Origin: Candidatus Heimdallarchaeota archaeon
GTDB taxonomy: Archaea; Asgardarchaeota; Heimdallarchaeia; Heimdallarchaeales; Heimdallarchaeaceae
Direction: 5' to 3'
Length of the DNA: 63,122 bases
Assembly: GCA_018238545.1 (NCBI GenBank)
Contig: JABCTC010000021.1
Coordinates: 1-63,122 of the forward strand
A program made the translations under genes and the position numbers. The notes beneath the pieces are model-generated. The model had not been told where the DNA came from. It searched no databases and was given only the letters and a program-made list of their open reading frames with translations. The first letter of the stretch is position 1, and every line of letters begins with the position of its first letter. Shown piece after piece: positions 49,469-59,192 of this stretch.

Positions 49469-50509
49469 GTGAATATGTCAAAGTTTCAAGTTTACAGTAC
49501 AGAAGATTTAATCATTCTGGAATCCAAGAAGCAAACTATCGCCGCAATTGGGTTTTCTTTGTCAAAACAAGAAAACAAACCCTTTGCCAATTTATCAGAT
49601 AGGATTGTAAATTACTTGAATTCATTTGGTTATTCATACGTTATTAGAATCACAAAATCCTATACAAGATTCTTTCTTTTAATTGCAGCTAAAAATCTAG
49701 GTGATGTGATTAACAAAGTATCAAAAATATTAACTAAAATGGAAAGATTAAAACCATCCACACAAAAATTAGTAATTTCTTCACTAAATCATAGCGTCAT
49801 TATGGGAAATTCGCACCTTAATATTCAATCCACAATTAAAAAAACAAAAAACCCAAGGATTCTCTGCATTGATGACAAATATTGGCTAATCTACTCTTTA
49901 GTCATTGGTCAACAAGAGAGAAATTATTTTACCAAATTCCTGAAAAGCCTTCTAAGTCTGAAGACAACAACACTTAATCTTTGTGTAAGAAATACGAGTG
50001 GGAAACGGGAAGAAAACCTGAAAAAAACTAATAGCATCTTGATTACACATTACTTTAATTCAATAGAGGAATGTGAAAAATTTCTTGGTAGAATGAAGCA
50101 GATTTCTACACAATATCATGAAAGATTCTCTTGTACGTTACGTTTCCATACTGCACATGAAGTGAAACAAAATGTTTTTTCATACATTTTAGGCCTTTCA
50201 CCTGTTAACCAACCGGTTCACCATTGGCAAGATGTACTGAAATTAGATCGTTTTGTACCTGTTTTAACAAATTATAATAAAGAATTAGTAGATATTACTG
50301 AAAAAGAGATCCACCAAAAACTAATCAAGATTGAGACGGGGTCAAATAAAACAAGCTCAGAAGAAAGTTTTATTGAAACTGAGAAAAAGTATAAGATTCC
50401 TAAAGAATTAGATATGAAAAAGCGAGATTCACTTATTCCGTATGGTAAAAGAGTTTCAGAAGAAGAAATAGAAGAGCTTGTAGAAAACATACCAGTTCCT
50501 CCTTCATGA
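49469..50509 (+). CDS. hypothetical protein downstream of ftsZ
   Basis: 346-aa ORF, no recognised motif. Confidence 0.7.
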   Translation: MNMSKFQVYSTEDLIILESKKQTIAAIGFSLSKQENKPFANLSDRIVNYLNSFGYSYVIRITKSYTRFFLLIAAKNLGDVINKVSKILTKMERLKPSTQKLVISSLNHSVIMGNSHLNIQSTIKKTKNPRILCIDDKYWLIYSLVIGQQERNYFTKFLKSLLSLKTTTLNLCVRNTSGKREENLKKTNSILITHYFNSIEECEKFLGRMKQISTQYHERFSCTLRFHTAHEVKQNVFSYILGLSPVNQPVHHWQDVLKLDRFVPVLTNYNKELVDITEKEIHQKLIKIETGSNKTSSEESFIETEKKYKIPKELDMKKRDSLIPYGKRVSEEEIEELVENIPVPPS

Positions 50510-50603
50510 TGTAACTTAATCTATTACTTGATTAAGCTTGATTTCTTAAGATAAAGAAACGTTGATAAGCACAATATTTTCATCCTAGATAAGGAAGAAA
50601 TAC

Positions 50604-50975
50604 ATGCAATACTCAAAAAGGAAGAATTCTTCACGGAGAAAGAAGAGATCTAGAAAGGGAAAATCATTAGCCCTCTCCCCCGAAGATGTCGAAAGTAAAG
50701 TAATCTGGCTATTAGAGGAAGCCAATCGACTTATTCAGGAAGATTATGAATTAGCTCAACAATATGCTAACCGTGCTCGAAGAATTCAAATGAGAACCAG
50801 AATTAAGTTTCCGTCTATTTGGAAGAAACAATTCTGCAAACATTGCAAAATTTTTCTTTATCCGGGTGTAAATTGTCAAGTAAGACTTTCTTCCACAAAT
50901 AAGGTCATTGCAATAAAATGTTCTGAGTGTAAGGGATACACACGAATACCATACTACCGCAGAATGGAGGAATAA
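50604..50975 (+). CDS. rnp4: RNase P protein subunit Rpp21
   Basis: LAQQYANRARRI, FCKHC..LYPG..CSEC..RIPY. Confidence 0.9.
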   Translation: MQYSKRKNSSRRKKRSRKGKSLALSPEDVESKVIWLLEEANRLIQEDYELAQQYANRARRIQMRTRIKFPSIWKKQFCKHCKIFLYPGVNCQVRLSSTNKVIAIKCSECKGYTRIPYYRRMEE

Positions 50976-50976
50976 A

Positions 50977-51219
50977 ATGAAGGATTCAATCGATAAAATA
51001 CGCCACGAACCCCCAAAAATCAGAGTTGGTAAAAATGGTATAACAGAGGGGATTGTACAAGAAGTTAATATGCTTCTTAGACGAGATCAAATAGTGAAGA
51101 TTAAATGTCTCAAAGCAGTTCCAAACAGCGCCACAAAGGCTATTGCAGAAAATATTGCCAAGTTAACTAAAAGCACGATTGTTGATGTAAGAGGGAAAAC
51201 ATTTATTCTAACACGATAA
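50977..51219 (+). CDS. YhbY/CRM-domain RNA-binding protein
   Basis: IRVGKNGIT, VKIK, VRGKTFIL; follows rnp4. Confidence 0.88.
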   Translation: MKDSIDKIRHEPPKIRVGKNGITEGIVQEVNMLLRRDQIVKIKCLKAVPNSATKAIAENIAKLTKSTIVDVRGKTFILTR

Positions 51220-51255
51220 AATGTTCATCATAATTAATAATTTGGAGAAAGAACA

Positions 51256-52149
51256 TTGATCTATATTTTTCTATGCGTAGATTTTGATAGAGATGCCGCG
51301 TTTCCAACTCTTGGACATAAACATGCGGTCAGTAAACCAAAGCAAACTGAAACACAAGACATTCTTACAGACCCTGAAAAATCTGCAGAGATTCAAGGTT
51401 CAATCGAAGGATTTGATAAAATACTATCATTTCTTATACAAAAGAAACTTCCCACAGTTTTCTATTTTGAAGCAAGAACAATAGATCTTATATCTAAAAA
51501 ATATCCAGAGTTTCTCAAAAGATTGAATCAACCTTATTTTGAAATGGGCGTTCATGGTTATGACCATGAAGATTTGGTTGGTAAAGAAACAGGAATGCCT
51601 CTGGAAAGCCAGGAAGAATTCAATCTTATCAAAAAAGCAAAAGATAAGATCGAGGAATTGTTTTCAACAAAAATTATTGGGTTTAGAGCCCCATATATGC
51701 GAGTATCTGAGAACACACAAAAAATCTTGATGGATTTGGGTTTTGTGTATGATAGTTCCATCTATCAAGAATCAGATAAATCAATTGTTCCTTATTCAGA
51801 TGAATATGGGTTGATAGAATTTCCAGTAATTAAGACTCCAAAAGAGAGTTTAATGAAAGGCATGTATACATACCTTTGGCCCCTTTTTGAAGGAAAACGG
51901 GGAATTAAAGAAGTGGTGAACAATTATATTCAGCTGATTTACAACTCTACTGAAAACAATTCATATATCTCTATTAATCTTCATTCATGGCATTTTGCAT
52001 ACAATGTTGAACAAAACTGTTACCTTTCCCAAAAGGAAATTCGTAAGAATGCGGAATTTCTAATTAAGCTTATAGTAAAACTAGAAGAGATAGAAGGAGT
52101 TCACTTCTCTACTCCAAAACTTTGGTTAGAAGAAAACGAGTTACTTTGA
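51256..52149 (+). CDS. polysaccharide deacetylase family protein
   Basis: VDFD, EMGVHGYDHE, GFRAPY, YDSS, HSW. Confidence 0.88.
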   Translation: MIYIFLCVDFDRDAAFPTLGHKHAVSKPKQTETQDILTDPEKSAEIQGSIEGFDKILSFLIQKKLPTVFYFEARTIDLISKKYPEFLKRLNQPYFEMGVHGYDHEDLVGKETGMPLESQEEFNLIKKAKDKIEELFSTKIIGFRAPYMRVSENTQKILMDLGFVYDSSIYQESDKSIVPYSDEYGLIEFPVIKTPKESLMKGMYTYLWPLFEGKRGIKEVVNNYIQLIYNSTENNSYISINLHSWHFAYNVEQNCYLSQKEIRKNAEFLIKLIVKLEEIEGVHFSTPKLWLEENELL

Positions 52150-54453
52150 AACAAATGAAATATACTTTTTCACCTCTTTTACATAAGAATTCGCAAGAAT
52201 CTTCTGTTTGCTTCTAACTACTGTTGGTTCTCCTGTAATATCATACCATTCATCTTGATTTTTATTATTAATAACAGATATTTGTCCATCATTAAAGGTA
52301 GCAAAAAGCCGATCTTTCAAATCAGAAGAGAGGTTTTTTTGAAAATATTGTTCATAAATTAGAAGATTGAGTGTGTCGTAAATATCCTCTGCAAGTTTCT
52401 TTTCACCAGATATATTTGTAGCATTTTTGCTTGATATAATATCTACAAGCGATTTTGTTAATACTTGAAAAGGCAATGGTTTATCAGTTTTCATCAAGGG
52501 AATGTGCGCAATTTGATTTGTTCTGAAATCATACAGGTTGTATACTTTTTTGTTCATTATTTTAGTATAGTATTGCATTAATTCAGAATTTAAAACTCCT
52601 AAAAGGTAAAGCCAATTGAATTTTTTCAGATATTCATCTTTTATTACCAATGTTATTACATCTGTTTCATAAATCGTAGAAGGTGTTTTTTCGGTCATCA
52701 TAGCAAATCTGTTCTTTTCAGCTTGATATGGGCATATAATACTGGGTCTGTTCCCAATCAATGAGAGGGAGCGATAAGCTACATAATCATAATAGTTTGG
52801 TAACCCATACTTCTTCTGCTTTTCTTCTAATAAGTGTTTGAATGAGCTCAAATAGGATCGTAAATTTGGATATTGACTTATGTCCCGATCTTTTAAGTAA
52901 ATCCAAAACTGTTCTCGTTGTTTCCAGTTAAAACGTTCAATATCACTGCTTTTAACTAACATTCGGAGGCAATTTTTCTCTTCCTGGTTAAGTTTGATTG
53001 TTCTGTTATTAGCTCCTTTGAATGTTGTATCATTGATTTTTGTTAAACGAAAAATCTTGTTGTTTCCCGTTGAACAACCCTTACCTATAAAGCATATCCC
53101 CTTAAAATTCTGATTTTTTTTATCATCCCCTAATCTAAACTTGATATTCTCTTCCATATCGAAAATTATAGGAGATTTTTCAAATATCCATTTATCACTA
53201 GCAAGATTGGAATGTGCAAACTTGATATTTTGAAAATTCTTTTTGTTTATAGTGGTAATTAGATTAGTATGGTTTAAAATGAAAACTTGAACAGTTTCTT
53301 TTGCAACAGGTTTTTTTCCTATAGTAATAATAGCTGTATCTACCCCCAATTTGATCTCAGTTTGATTAAATAGAGTCCGATTACTACGAAAATCAATTAC
53401 TTCAAGTATAGCCGCTTTGTCTACAAGAAACTCTCGTAATCCCGAGCTTCCACTCCCTTCTATCCAGTATCTAGGGCTAATAAAAGAAACTATTCCCCCA
53501 TCTTTACAAAGGTTGACACTTCTTTCCCAGAAAGTGTTTGAAATATCTCCATTTGAATTGTAGCTAGCATATAATTTTGAATATATTTTCCTTTCTGTGT
53601 ATTCAATGCGTTTCACATTAATATATGGGGGATTACCTATAATGACATCAAATCCCCAAATCTGAGGCACATTTGGGAAGGCAATTGACCAGTGGATCTT
53701 TTTTGTATATTCCTTTATCCAACGTTGTATTGTATTTTTCTCGTTATCTTTGAACTTTGATACTACTAAACGATTAAAATTCAAGCTTATTTGCTCTTTA
53801 GTATCTTCATTAGGTGTTATATATTCAAATCCAAGCAAGGAATTTCCCAGAACCAAATTAGGAGAAGGTAAAAGCGCTCTTTCTTTCTGTAAATAGTGGA
53901 AAGCTTTCTCAATCAATTTTAAACCTGCTAGTTCCACAGACTCTATGGAAAGATCTGCACCGAATATATTGTTCCGAATAATTGAAGTGACTATGAAAGA
54001 TACTTGCTCATGTCCCTTTAAACGCGGATCAATCTGAGAACTATTACGACCAGAATCAATTATCTCAAAGCAGCGTTGATATAAACCAAATAAAATATCA
54101 AATGTTTTTAGCAAAAAAACACCCCAACCCATGGATAAATCACAGACAGAAAAGTCAGGCAATAGCTCCTCTAATAGGAAAATTGCTTTATTGACATCAT
54201 TTTCAGCTACAAATTCACGAATGGAAAATGAGGGAGAAGATGAATTGAAACGTTTGTTTAGAAGATAATTAATCCTAGTAAAGAGCGCATTCTTTACCAT
54301 GTAATCTGCTATAAAATCAGGAGTGTAAAAGCAACCATGATCCCTTTTAACCGTTCCTTCAAGAGATATCTGTAAATTTTGTTCCATTCTTATGATGGAT
54401 TCCTTTATATGAGTAAACTCATAAGATCTTATTGGAGTTTCCACAGACATCAT
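52141..54453 (-). CDS. Eco57I/TaqI-like N6-adenine DNA methyltransferase (gamma class) with target-recognition region
   Basis: FYTP, motif I-like DLSMGWG, GNSL, FDVIIGNPPY, YLLGVLNS. Confidence 0.85.
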   Translation of the reverse strand: MMSVETPIRSYEFTHIKESIIRMEQNLQISLEGTVKRDHGCFYTPDFIADYMVKNALFTRINYLLNKRFNSSSPSFSIREFVAENDVNKAIFLLEELLPDFSVCDLSMGWGVFLLKTFDILFGLYQRCFEIIDSGRNSSQIDPRLKGHEQVSFIVTSIIRNNIFGADLSIESVELAGLKLIEKAFHYLQKERALLPSPNLVLGNSLLGFEYITPNEDTKEQISLNFNRLVVSKFKDNEKNTIQRWIKEYTKKIHWSIAFPNVPQIWGFDVIIGNPPYINVKRIEYTERKIYSKLYASYNSNGDISNTFWERSVNLCKDGGIVSFISPRYWIEGSGSSGLREFLVDKAAILEVIDFRSNRTLFNQTEIKLGVDTAIITIGKKPVAKETVQVFILNHTNLITTINKKNFQNIKFAHSNLASDKWIFEKSPIIFDMEENIKFRLGDDKKNQNFKGICFIGKGCSTGNNKIFRLTKINDTTFKGANNRTIKLNQEEKNCLRMLVKSSDIERFNWKQREQFWIYLKDRDISQYPNLRSYLSSFKHLLEEKQKKYGLPNYYDYVAYRSLSLIGNRPSIICPYQAEKNRFAMMTEKTPSTIYETDVITLVIKDEYLKKFNWLYLLGVLNSELMQYYTKIMNKKVYNLYDFRTNQIAHIPLMKTDKPLPFQVLTKSLVDIISSKNATNISGEKKLAEDIYDTLNLLIYEQYFQKNLSSDLKDRLFATFNDGQISVINNKNQDEWYDITGEPTVVRSKQKILANSYVKEVKKYISFVSK

Positions 54454-54659
54454 AGATGTTAACTATAACGCCTTTTTCTCTCTTTCGCATAAGAACTTAA
54501 TTTTAGTGTAACGAGAAAATAACATAATGATACTGGATTTCTAGATGAAACAGATGAAATACATAGATGGGTTAAGCGTACAAAATTTGTCAGAGAGGAA
54601 ATATAAAGAATTAAGGTAACAGATATGAAGCGAAGTAAAACCTATAGAAGCGTTATGAA

Positions 54660-55064
54660 TTAATGGTTTGAGAGTATTCTAGCAATTTTTTCTGTTGCTC
54701 GTTTCATATCCAAAAAGAGCAGTCCAAGTTTTGTATCAATTGTTGCACTAACTGTTAGAACCGCATCTTCACCTGCCTGCATTGTGACAATTACACCATA
54801 GTCACCTTCGATGAAGATTTTCTTAAGCAAACCCTTATTGAGTTCTGTTGCGACTCTTTCTCCTAGAGAAACCATCGCTGCAGTCATTGCAGAGAATCTT
54901 GTTTCTTCAACATTTTCCATAACCAAAGAAACTATTGGAAGACCTTCCAACGATACAATAGCTACATCAACAATTCCAGCTGATCTGAATCTTAATTCAT
55001 TGATACACTCCATTAATTCTTTACTAACAGAATCGAGTCCATATTGTGCGCTATATATTGACAA
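54660..55064 (-). CDS. roadblock/LC7 (MglB-like) domain protein
   Basis: AIVSLEGLPI, RFSAMTAAMVSLGER, KLGLLFLDMKR; SD GGTGA. Confidence 0.92.
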   Translation of the reverse strand: MSIYSAQYGLDSVSKELMECINELRFRSAGIVDVAIVSLEGLPIVSLVMENVEETRFSAMTAAMVSLGERVATELNKGLLKKIFIEGDYGVIVTMQAGEDAVLTVSATIDTKLGLLFLDMKRATEKIARILSNH

Positions 55065-55151
55065 CTTATTTCACCTATTACTTATTCTATGGTACAGAAT
55101 AATAAAAACTCAACAATAATATAAAGACAATATATGTGTATTATAAGTGTA

Positions 55152-56033
55152 TTATTGAAATTTGTCTTTGACTTGATTTACTAGTTTTGAAACGGTTTCC
55201 TTTCGCTCTTTGGTATCGAGAGGCAAATAGAGAGATTCCTTAGGTGAAGCTATGTTTAATATCTCATTTGTTGTTGAAGGTTTGTTTCTATTGATTGATC
55301 TGTAATTATCAATAGCACGGAAGTAATCATCTGGATCATAGATGAAAATTGACCCAGGTCCTAAAAGTAAAACTAGATTAGATTCTCTTACGCACCATGC
55401 AGGATGAGCTGAATTATTAAAACCTTCAATTACAATAAGATCCGAAATAGTTTTTAGATACTCAAAAGAGGTTTGAATAGAATCAGCATAGTATTTACTG
55501 TTCAAGATATAATACTCTTGTTCATTTTTGAAAGGCTTTGTTTCATTTGCTTTTTTCAATATTTGTTCTGTTAGTTTCTCAGCATTCCAGAACTTTTTGT
55601 TTTTATAAATGGGCTCGTTTACAATATAAGTAGACTTCTGATTGCCCTCTGAATCACAAAAAGAAAATCTTTGTAAAAGAGTTTCACTGTCTTGATACTT
55701 ATTATAGAAGGTGTTAATTGATCCTTCCTCATAAAAACGCGTAGCAATTGCTTGAGTGTTTACCCTGTGTACGGGGTTTGCTAGAGTTGCTTTAATATCA
55801 TTTGACGTTTCATTTAGCAATTCAATAACATCTTGAGAAACAAAATCCTCATGTTTAGTTGTATTTTCAAGTATTTTTTCAAAGTTATAAAATAGGTTGT
55901 TACCACTCAGAGGTTTAAAGGGAGAGACCTTCATAGAAGAATCATTCTCAAAGAATCTTATCATGTCCTTTGCTATAGTAGTTTTTCCTGAATTGTATTC
56001 AAGCAATCCACCTATAAAAACAATAAATGCCAT
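55152..56033 (-). CDS. predicted P-loop ATPase (COG4028-like)
   Basis: GLLEYNSGKTT, PFKPLSG, NPVHR, IEGFNN; start moved to ATG 56033. Confidence 0.75.
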   Translation of the reverse strand: MAFIVFIGGLLEYNSGKTTIAKDMIRFFENDSSMKVSPFKPLSGNNLFYNFEKILENTTKHEDFVSQDVIELLNETSNDIKATLANPVHRVNTQAIATRFYEEGSINTFYNKYQDSETLLQRFSFCDSEGNQKSTYIVNEPIYKNKKFWNAEKLTEQILKKANETKPFKNEQEYYILNSKYYADSIQTSFEYLKTISDLIVIEGFNNSAHPAWCVRESNLVLLLGPGSIFIYDPDDYFRAIDNYRSINRNKPSTTNEILNIASPKESLYLPLDTKERKETVSKLVNQVKDKFQ

Positions 56034-56200
56034 CTGAATAACCAATTGAATTAGTTCTTTATCTGTTGATATATCTTTCGAAAAAGGATTGGAAGAATAG
56101 CAAATTTTGTGTGGATACAAGCTTTTAATAGCTCTAAAATGAAACAATAACACAGTTTTAAACAGATTTTTGTAGAATGTTGTTAAAAAGAGGATGTAAA

Positions 56201-56764
56201 ATGAATACTGAACAAACAAAAGAAACCATCACCCTTGGTGGCGGTTGTTTCTGGTGTATAGAAGCTATCTATCAAGAATTGAATGGTGTGATAGAGGCTG
56301 TATCAGGATATTCAGGGGGAAAAATAAAAAACCCCAATTATGAACAAGTGTGTTCTGGAACAACTGGGCACGCAGAAGTGATACAAGTAACCTTTAACCC
56401 AAAAATAATCACTTTTAATAAAATTTTAGAGGTTTTCTTTTCTACCCATGATCCAACAACTTTGAATAGACAAGGTAATGATGTTGGAACCCAGTATAGA
56501 TCTGTCATATTTTATCATACACAAAAACAAAAACAAATAGCTCTAGAAGTAATAAAAGAATTAAATGGTGCTGGAACTTTAAAAAATCCTATTGTAACAG
56601 AAGTATCTTCTTTCAAAGAGTTCTACGAGGCAGAAAATTATCATCAAGATTATTTCAAACTTAACGCATCTAAATCATATTGTAAGGTAAACATACAACC
56701 AAAAGTAGAAAAATTCAGAGAAAATTACGCAAACAATCTAAAAGATATCAAGTTAAAACTATAG
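56201..56764 (+). CDS. msrA: peptide-methionine (S)-S-oxide reductase
   Basis: GGGCFWC, GHAEV, HDPT..RQGND.GTQYRS, AENYHQDY. Confidence 0.96.
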   Translation: MNTEQTKETITLGGGCFWCIEAIYQELNGVIEAVSGYSGGKIKNPNYEQVCSGTTGHAEVIQVTFNPKIITFNKILEVFFSTHDPTTLNRQGNDVGTQYRSVIFYHTQKQKQIALEVIKELNGAGTLKNPIVTEVSSFKEFYEAENYHQDYFKLNASKSYCKVNIQPKVEKFRENYANNLKDIKLKL

Positions 56765-56775
56765 AATGTATATAT

Positions 56776-57036
56776 TTACTGGCAGACATATGTAACAAGA
56801 CTTGTTTGTGTTAGCTTCTTCCCCATTCTTTTCAAAGTGGTTTCTCCTTCCCTAAACTGATTTATGAGCCACTGCTTGATATGATAATTTTTATCCACAG
56901 CTGATTTAGGTATCCAAATTGGTTCTATTGATAACCCATCAACTATACCATAATAGAATTTTAAAGAATCAACAAGAATGTAATTAAGTTTGAACTCAGA
57001 GAGAGCATTATCAGTTTTTACTTGTAGCTTGGACAT
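56776..57036 (-). CDS. small hypothetical protein
   Basis: 86-aa ORF with SD GGAG; WIPKS..W pattern. Confidence 0.6.
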   Translation of the reverse strand: MSKLQVKTDNALSEFKLNYILVDSLKFYYGIVDGLSIEPIWIPKSAVDKNYHIKQWLINQFREGETTLKRMGKKLTQTSLVTYVCQ

Positions 57037-57189
57037 TTATCTCCCATGATATAATAAGAAATATTTATTTAAACGCAACAAATTTTGCATTTCTTAAGAG
57101 ATAAAGTGTTAGAAAGCTTCATAGTATGCGAGGCATTGCGGCTTTGCTAACAGGTCGCTAAAGAAAAACTTGAGTAGAATAGAAGTAGA

Positions 57190-57235
57190 TGGAGCGGAGA
57201 CGGAGATTTGAACTCCGGTTGGTGGTTTTGCAGAC
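57190..57235 (-). mobile_element. tRNA-Cys(GCA) 3'-half fragment, probable att site of an integrated element
   Basis: Minus strand GTCTGCAAAACCACCAACCGGAGTTCAAATCTCCGTCTCCGCTCCA = anticodon loop, T-arm, acceptor 3' strand, U73 and CCA; no 5' half adjacent. Confidence 0.75.
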
Positions 57236-57317
57236 AAAATAATATCTAAAACCTGATATTACAAAAATGCTTCACAAACAGTTATTACGGCGTACACATT
57301 AATGGTGTTTGATAGAG

Positions 57318-58157
57318 ATGTCATTGCACATATTGTGGCACGGATGGGGAAAAACGCTTTGTGGAATTGATAATCCTTATGCGTGGAGATTCTACGATGT
57401 CAAAAACCAATATGACATATATCTGCAAGAAAAACGTATTGAGGAGTTCAATAAACAATATTGTTCTGCTTGTTTAAAATCCTTTAGAAGAATAATTTTA
57501 GCTAGTAAAGAAGAGATAAGACGAGAAAGAAACATAGAATGGGAAAAAGACCTAAACAAAAGCCATGAGAATGTTGAAGTTTCACTATCTATGTTTGAAG
57601 AAGAAAGGATTGAGATAATACCAATAATGTATTCAAGATATAGATGGATTAAATCTATGCAAAAACAGCATAATATTGAAGAAATAACAGAATTACATCC
57701 ATTAACGATTGAATTTTATCGTGAAGCTTCATTTTCTTACATTAATGGTCAATTTCTTTCGTCTATTTTATCCATTGGAGTAACAATAGACCAATTCATT
57801 CGGCAATTAGTAGATCCAAATTATAACCACAAAAAAAATATACCGAACTCAATTTTCAAAGATGCAGTGAAGCTTGGTTTCATCACAAAAGCCCTAAAAA
57901 AGGACATTCAGCATTTTAAAGATACTATTAGGAATCATACGGCACATCCAAAAACTCGCAATACACTAACACTGGGTTTTGAATATATAGAAGATGGTGA
58001 AAATAATCCATACTGGGGAACAAAGGATAAGAAACCGATTTATGTAGGTCCTATACCAGGTGCAAAAAAAGGATTTGAATTATTCTGGAGACTGGTTAAG
58101 TATGTATATCGTAGTCGTTTCGCTATCATTGAAAAAGAAAGAACTATGCAAAAATGA
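57318..58157 (+). CDS. hypothetical protein with an N-terminal Cys/His Zn-binding-like motif and a C-terminal HEPN/DUF4145-like Rx4H domain
   Basis: H..LCG...CSAC; YREA..SYINGQFLSSI helix; RNHTAH. Confidence 0.6.
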   Translation: MSLHILWHGWGKTLCGIDNPYAWRFYDVKNQYDIYLQEKRIEEFNKQYCSACLKSFRRIILASKEEIRRERNIEWEKDLNKSHENVEVSLSMFEEERIEIIPIMYSRYRWIKSMQKQHNIEEITELHPLTIEFYREASFSYINGQFLSSILSIGVTIDQFIRQLVDPNYNHKKNIPNSIFKDAVKLGFITKALKKDIQHFKDTIRNHTAHPKTRNTLTLGFEYIEDGENNPYWGTKDKKPIYVGPIPGAKKGFELFWRLVKYVYRSRFAIIEKERTMQK

Positions 58158-58203
58158 GTTATAGAACAAAGATTGACAATAGATATCAAATGTATGATGA
58201 GAT

Positions 58204-58371
<168 letters not shown>

Positions 58372-58510
58372 TCAATCTACCCATTCCTTTTGTAATCTCC
58401 CCGTAAATGCTTGTATGATTATTTGAATGAATGAATTTTTTTGGGTGGAAGAGATGTTAGATTATATTTTTATAGATAGATTGGTGAATCTAATAAAGAG
58501 GGAACTCTAT

Positions 58511-59158
58511 ATGTCTATAGAAGAGATTCAGAAGCTACAAAAAAAAATCACAGAATTAGAGGAGAAGGAAGGAGAAAGAAATGAAAATGAAGCTCAAGAA
58601 AGTAAATTAAAAAGTGTATTTACGGCTATTTTCGTAATTTATGTAATTCCCATAATCGTAGTAATTTTCGGGTTAATCATCGTGAAAAACCCATCAAATT
58701 GGTCTGAAGCCTTAGTATCAGGAATTTACGCTATAGTTGTCTTGTACTTGTTTCTAGATAGTGGCCTTGGACAGAAATTATTGAAATGGACTTGGGCCTA
58801 TTATCGCTTTTATCCAGATGAAGAAATTGATAAAGTATCACGATATGTTTGGTTATTTCTTGGAATTGGTATTATACCTGCAATAGCTCTGTCTTCAGAT
58901 TATTTGTTACTGTTTGACGAGCTTCTTTACTTAGTTCTCTGCATTGGTTTTCTCCTAATGATGAGTATTGGAGATAATTTGACAAGATTATTCATGGAAT
59001 TTTATTTAAGAATTCCAAGAAGGAAATTGAAAAATAAGAATAAAAGGAAACGTAAAAAACCAACCGAAACAATTCAACACATGCTCAATCTATTACCTTC
59101 GACGATTATCGTATGTTTAATAATTGCCCCTTTACTTTGGTTCAGTGTGCTATTGTAG
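58511..59158 (+). CDS. hypothetical membrane protein (N-terminal coiled coil, ~5 TM)
   Basis: Hydrophobic segments; start moved to ATG 58511. Confidence 0.7.
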   Translation: MSIEEIQKLQKKITELEEKEGERNENEAQESKLKSVFTAIFVIYVIPIIVVIFGLIIVKNPSNWSEALVSGIYAIVVLYLFLDSGLGQKLLKWTWAYYRFYPDEEIDKVSRYVWLFLGIGIIPAIALSSDYLLLFDELLYLVLCIGFLLMMSIGDNLTRLFMEFYLRIPRRKLKNKNKRKRKKPTETIQHMLNLLPSTIIVCLIIAPLLWFSVLL

Positions 59159-59192
59159 TTGTATTTCTTTTTCTCAACCACTTTCACTAGTA

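Noticed and set aside
57036-57310. Permuted or intron-containing complete tRNA-Cys
   Set aside because: No GCGGAGA-type 5' half found on either side by eye; a trans-spliced partner elsewhere cannot be excluded
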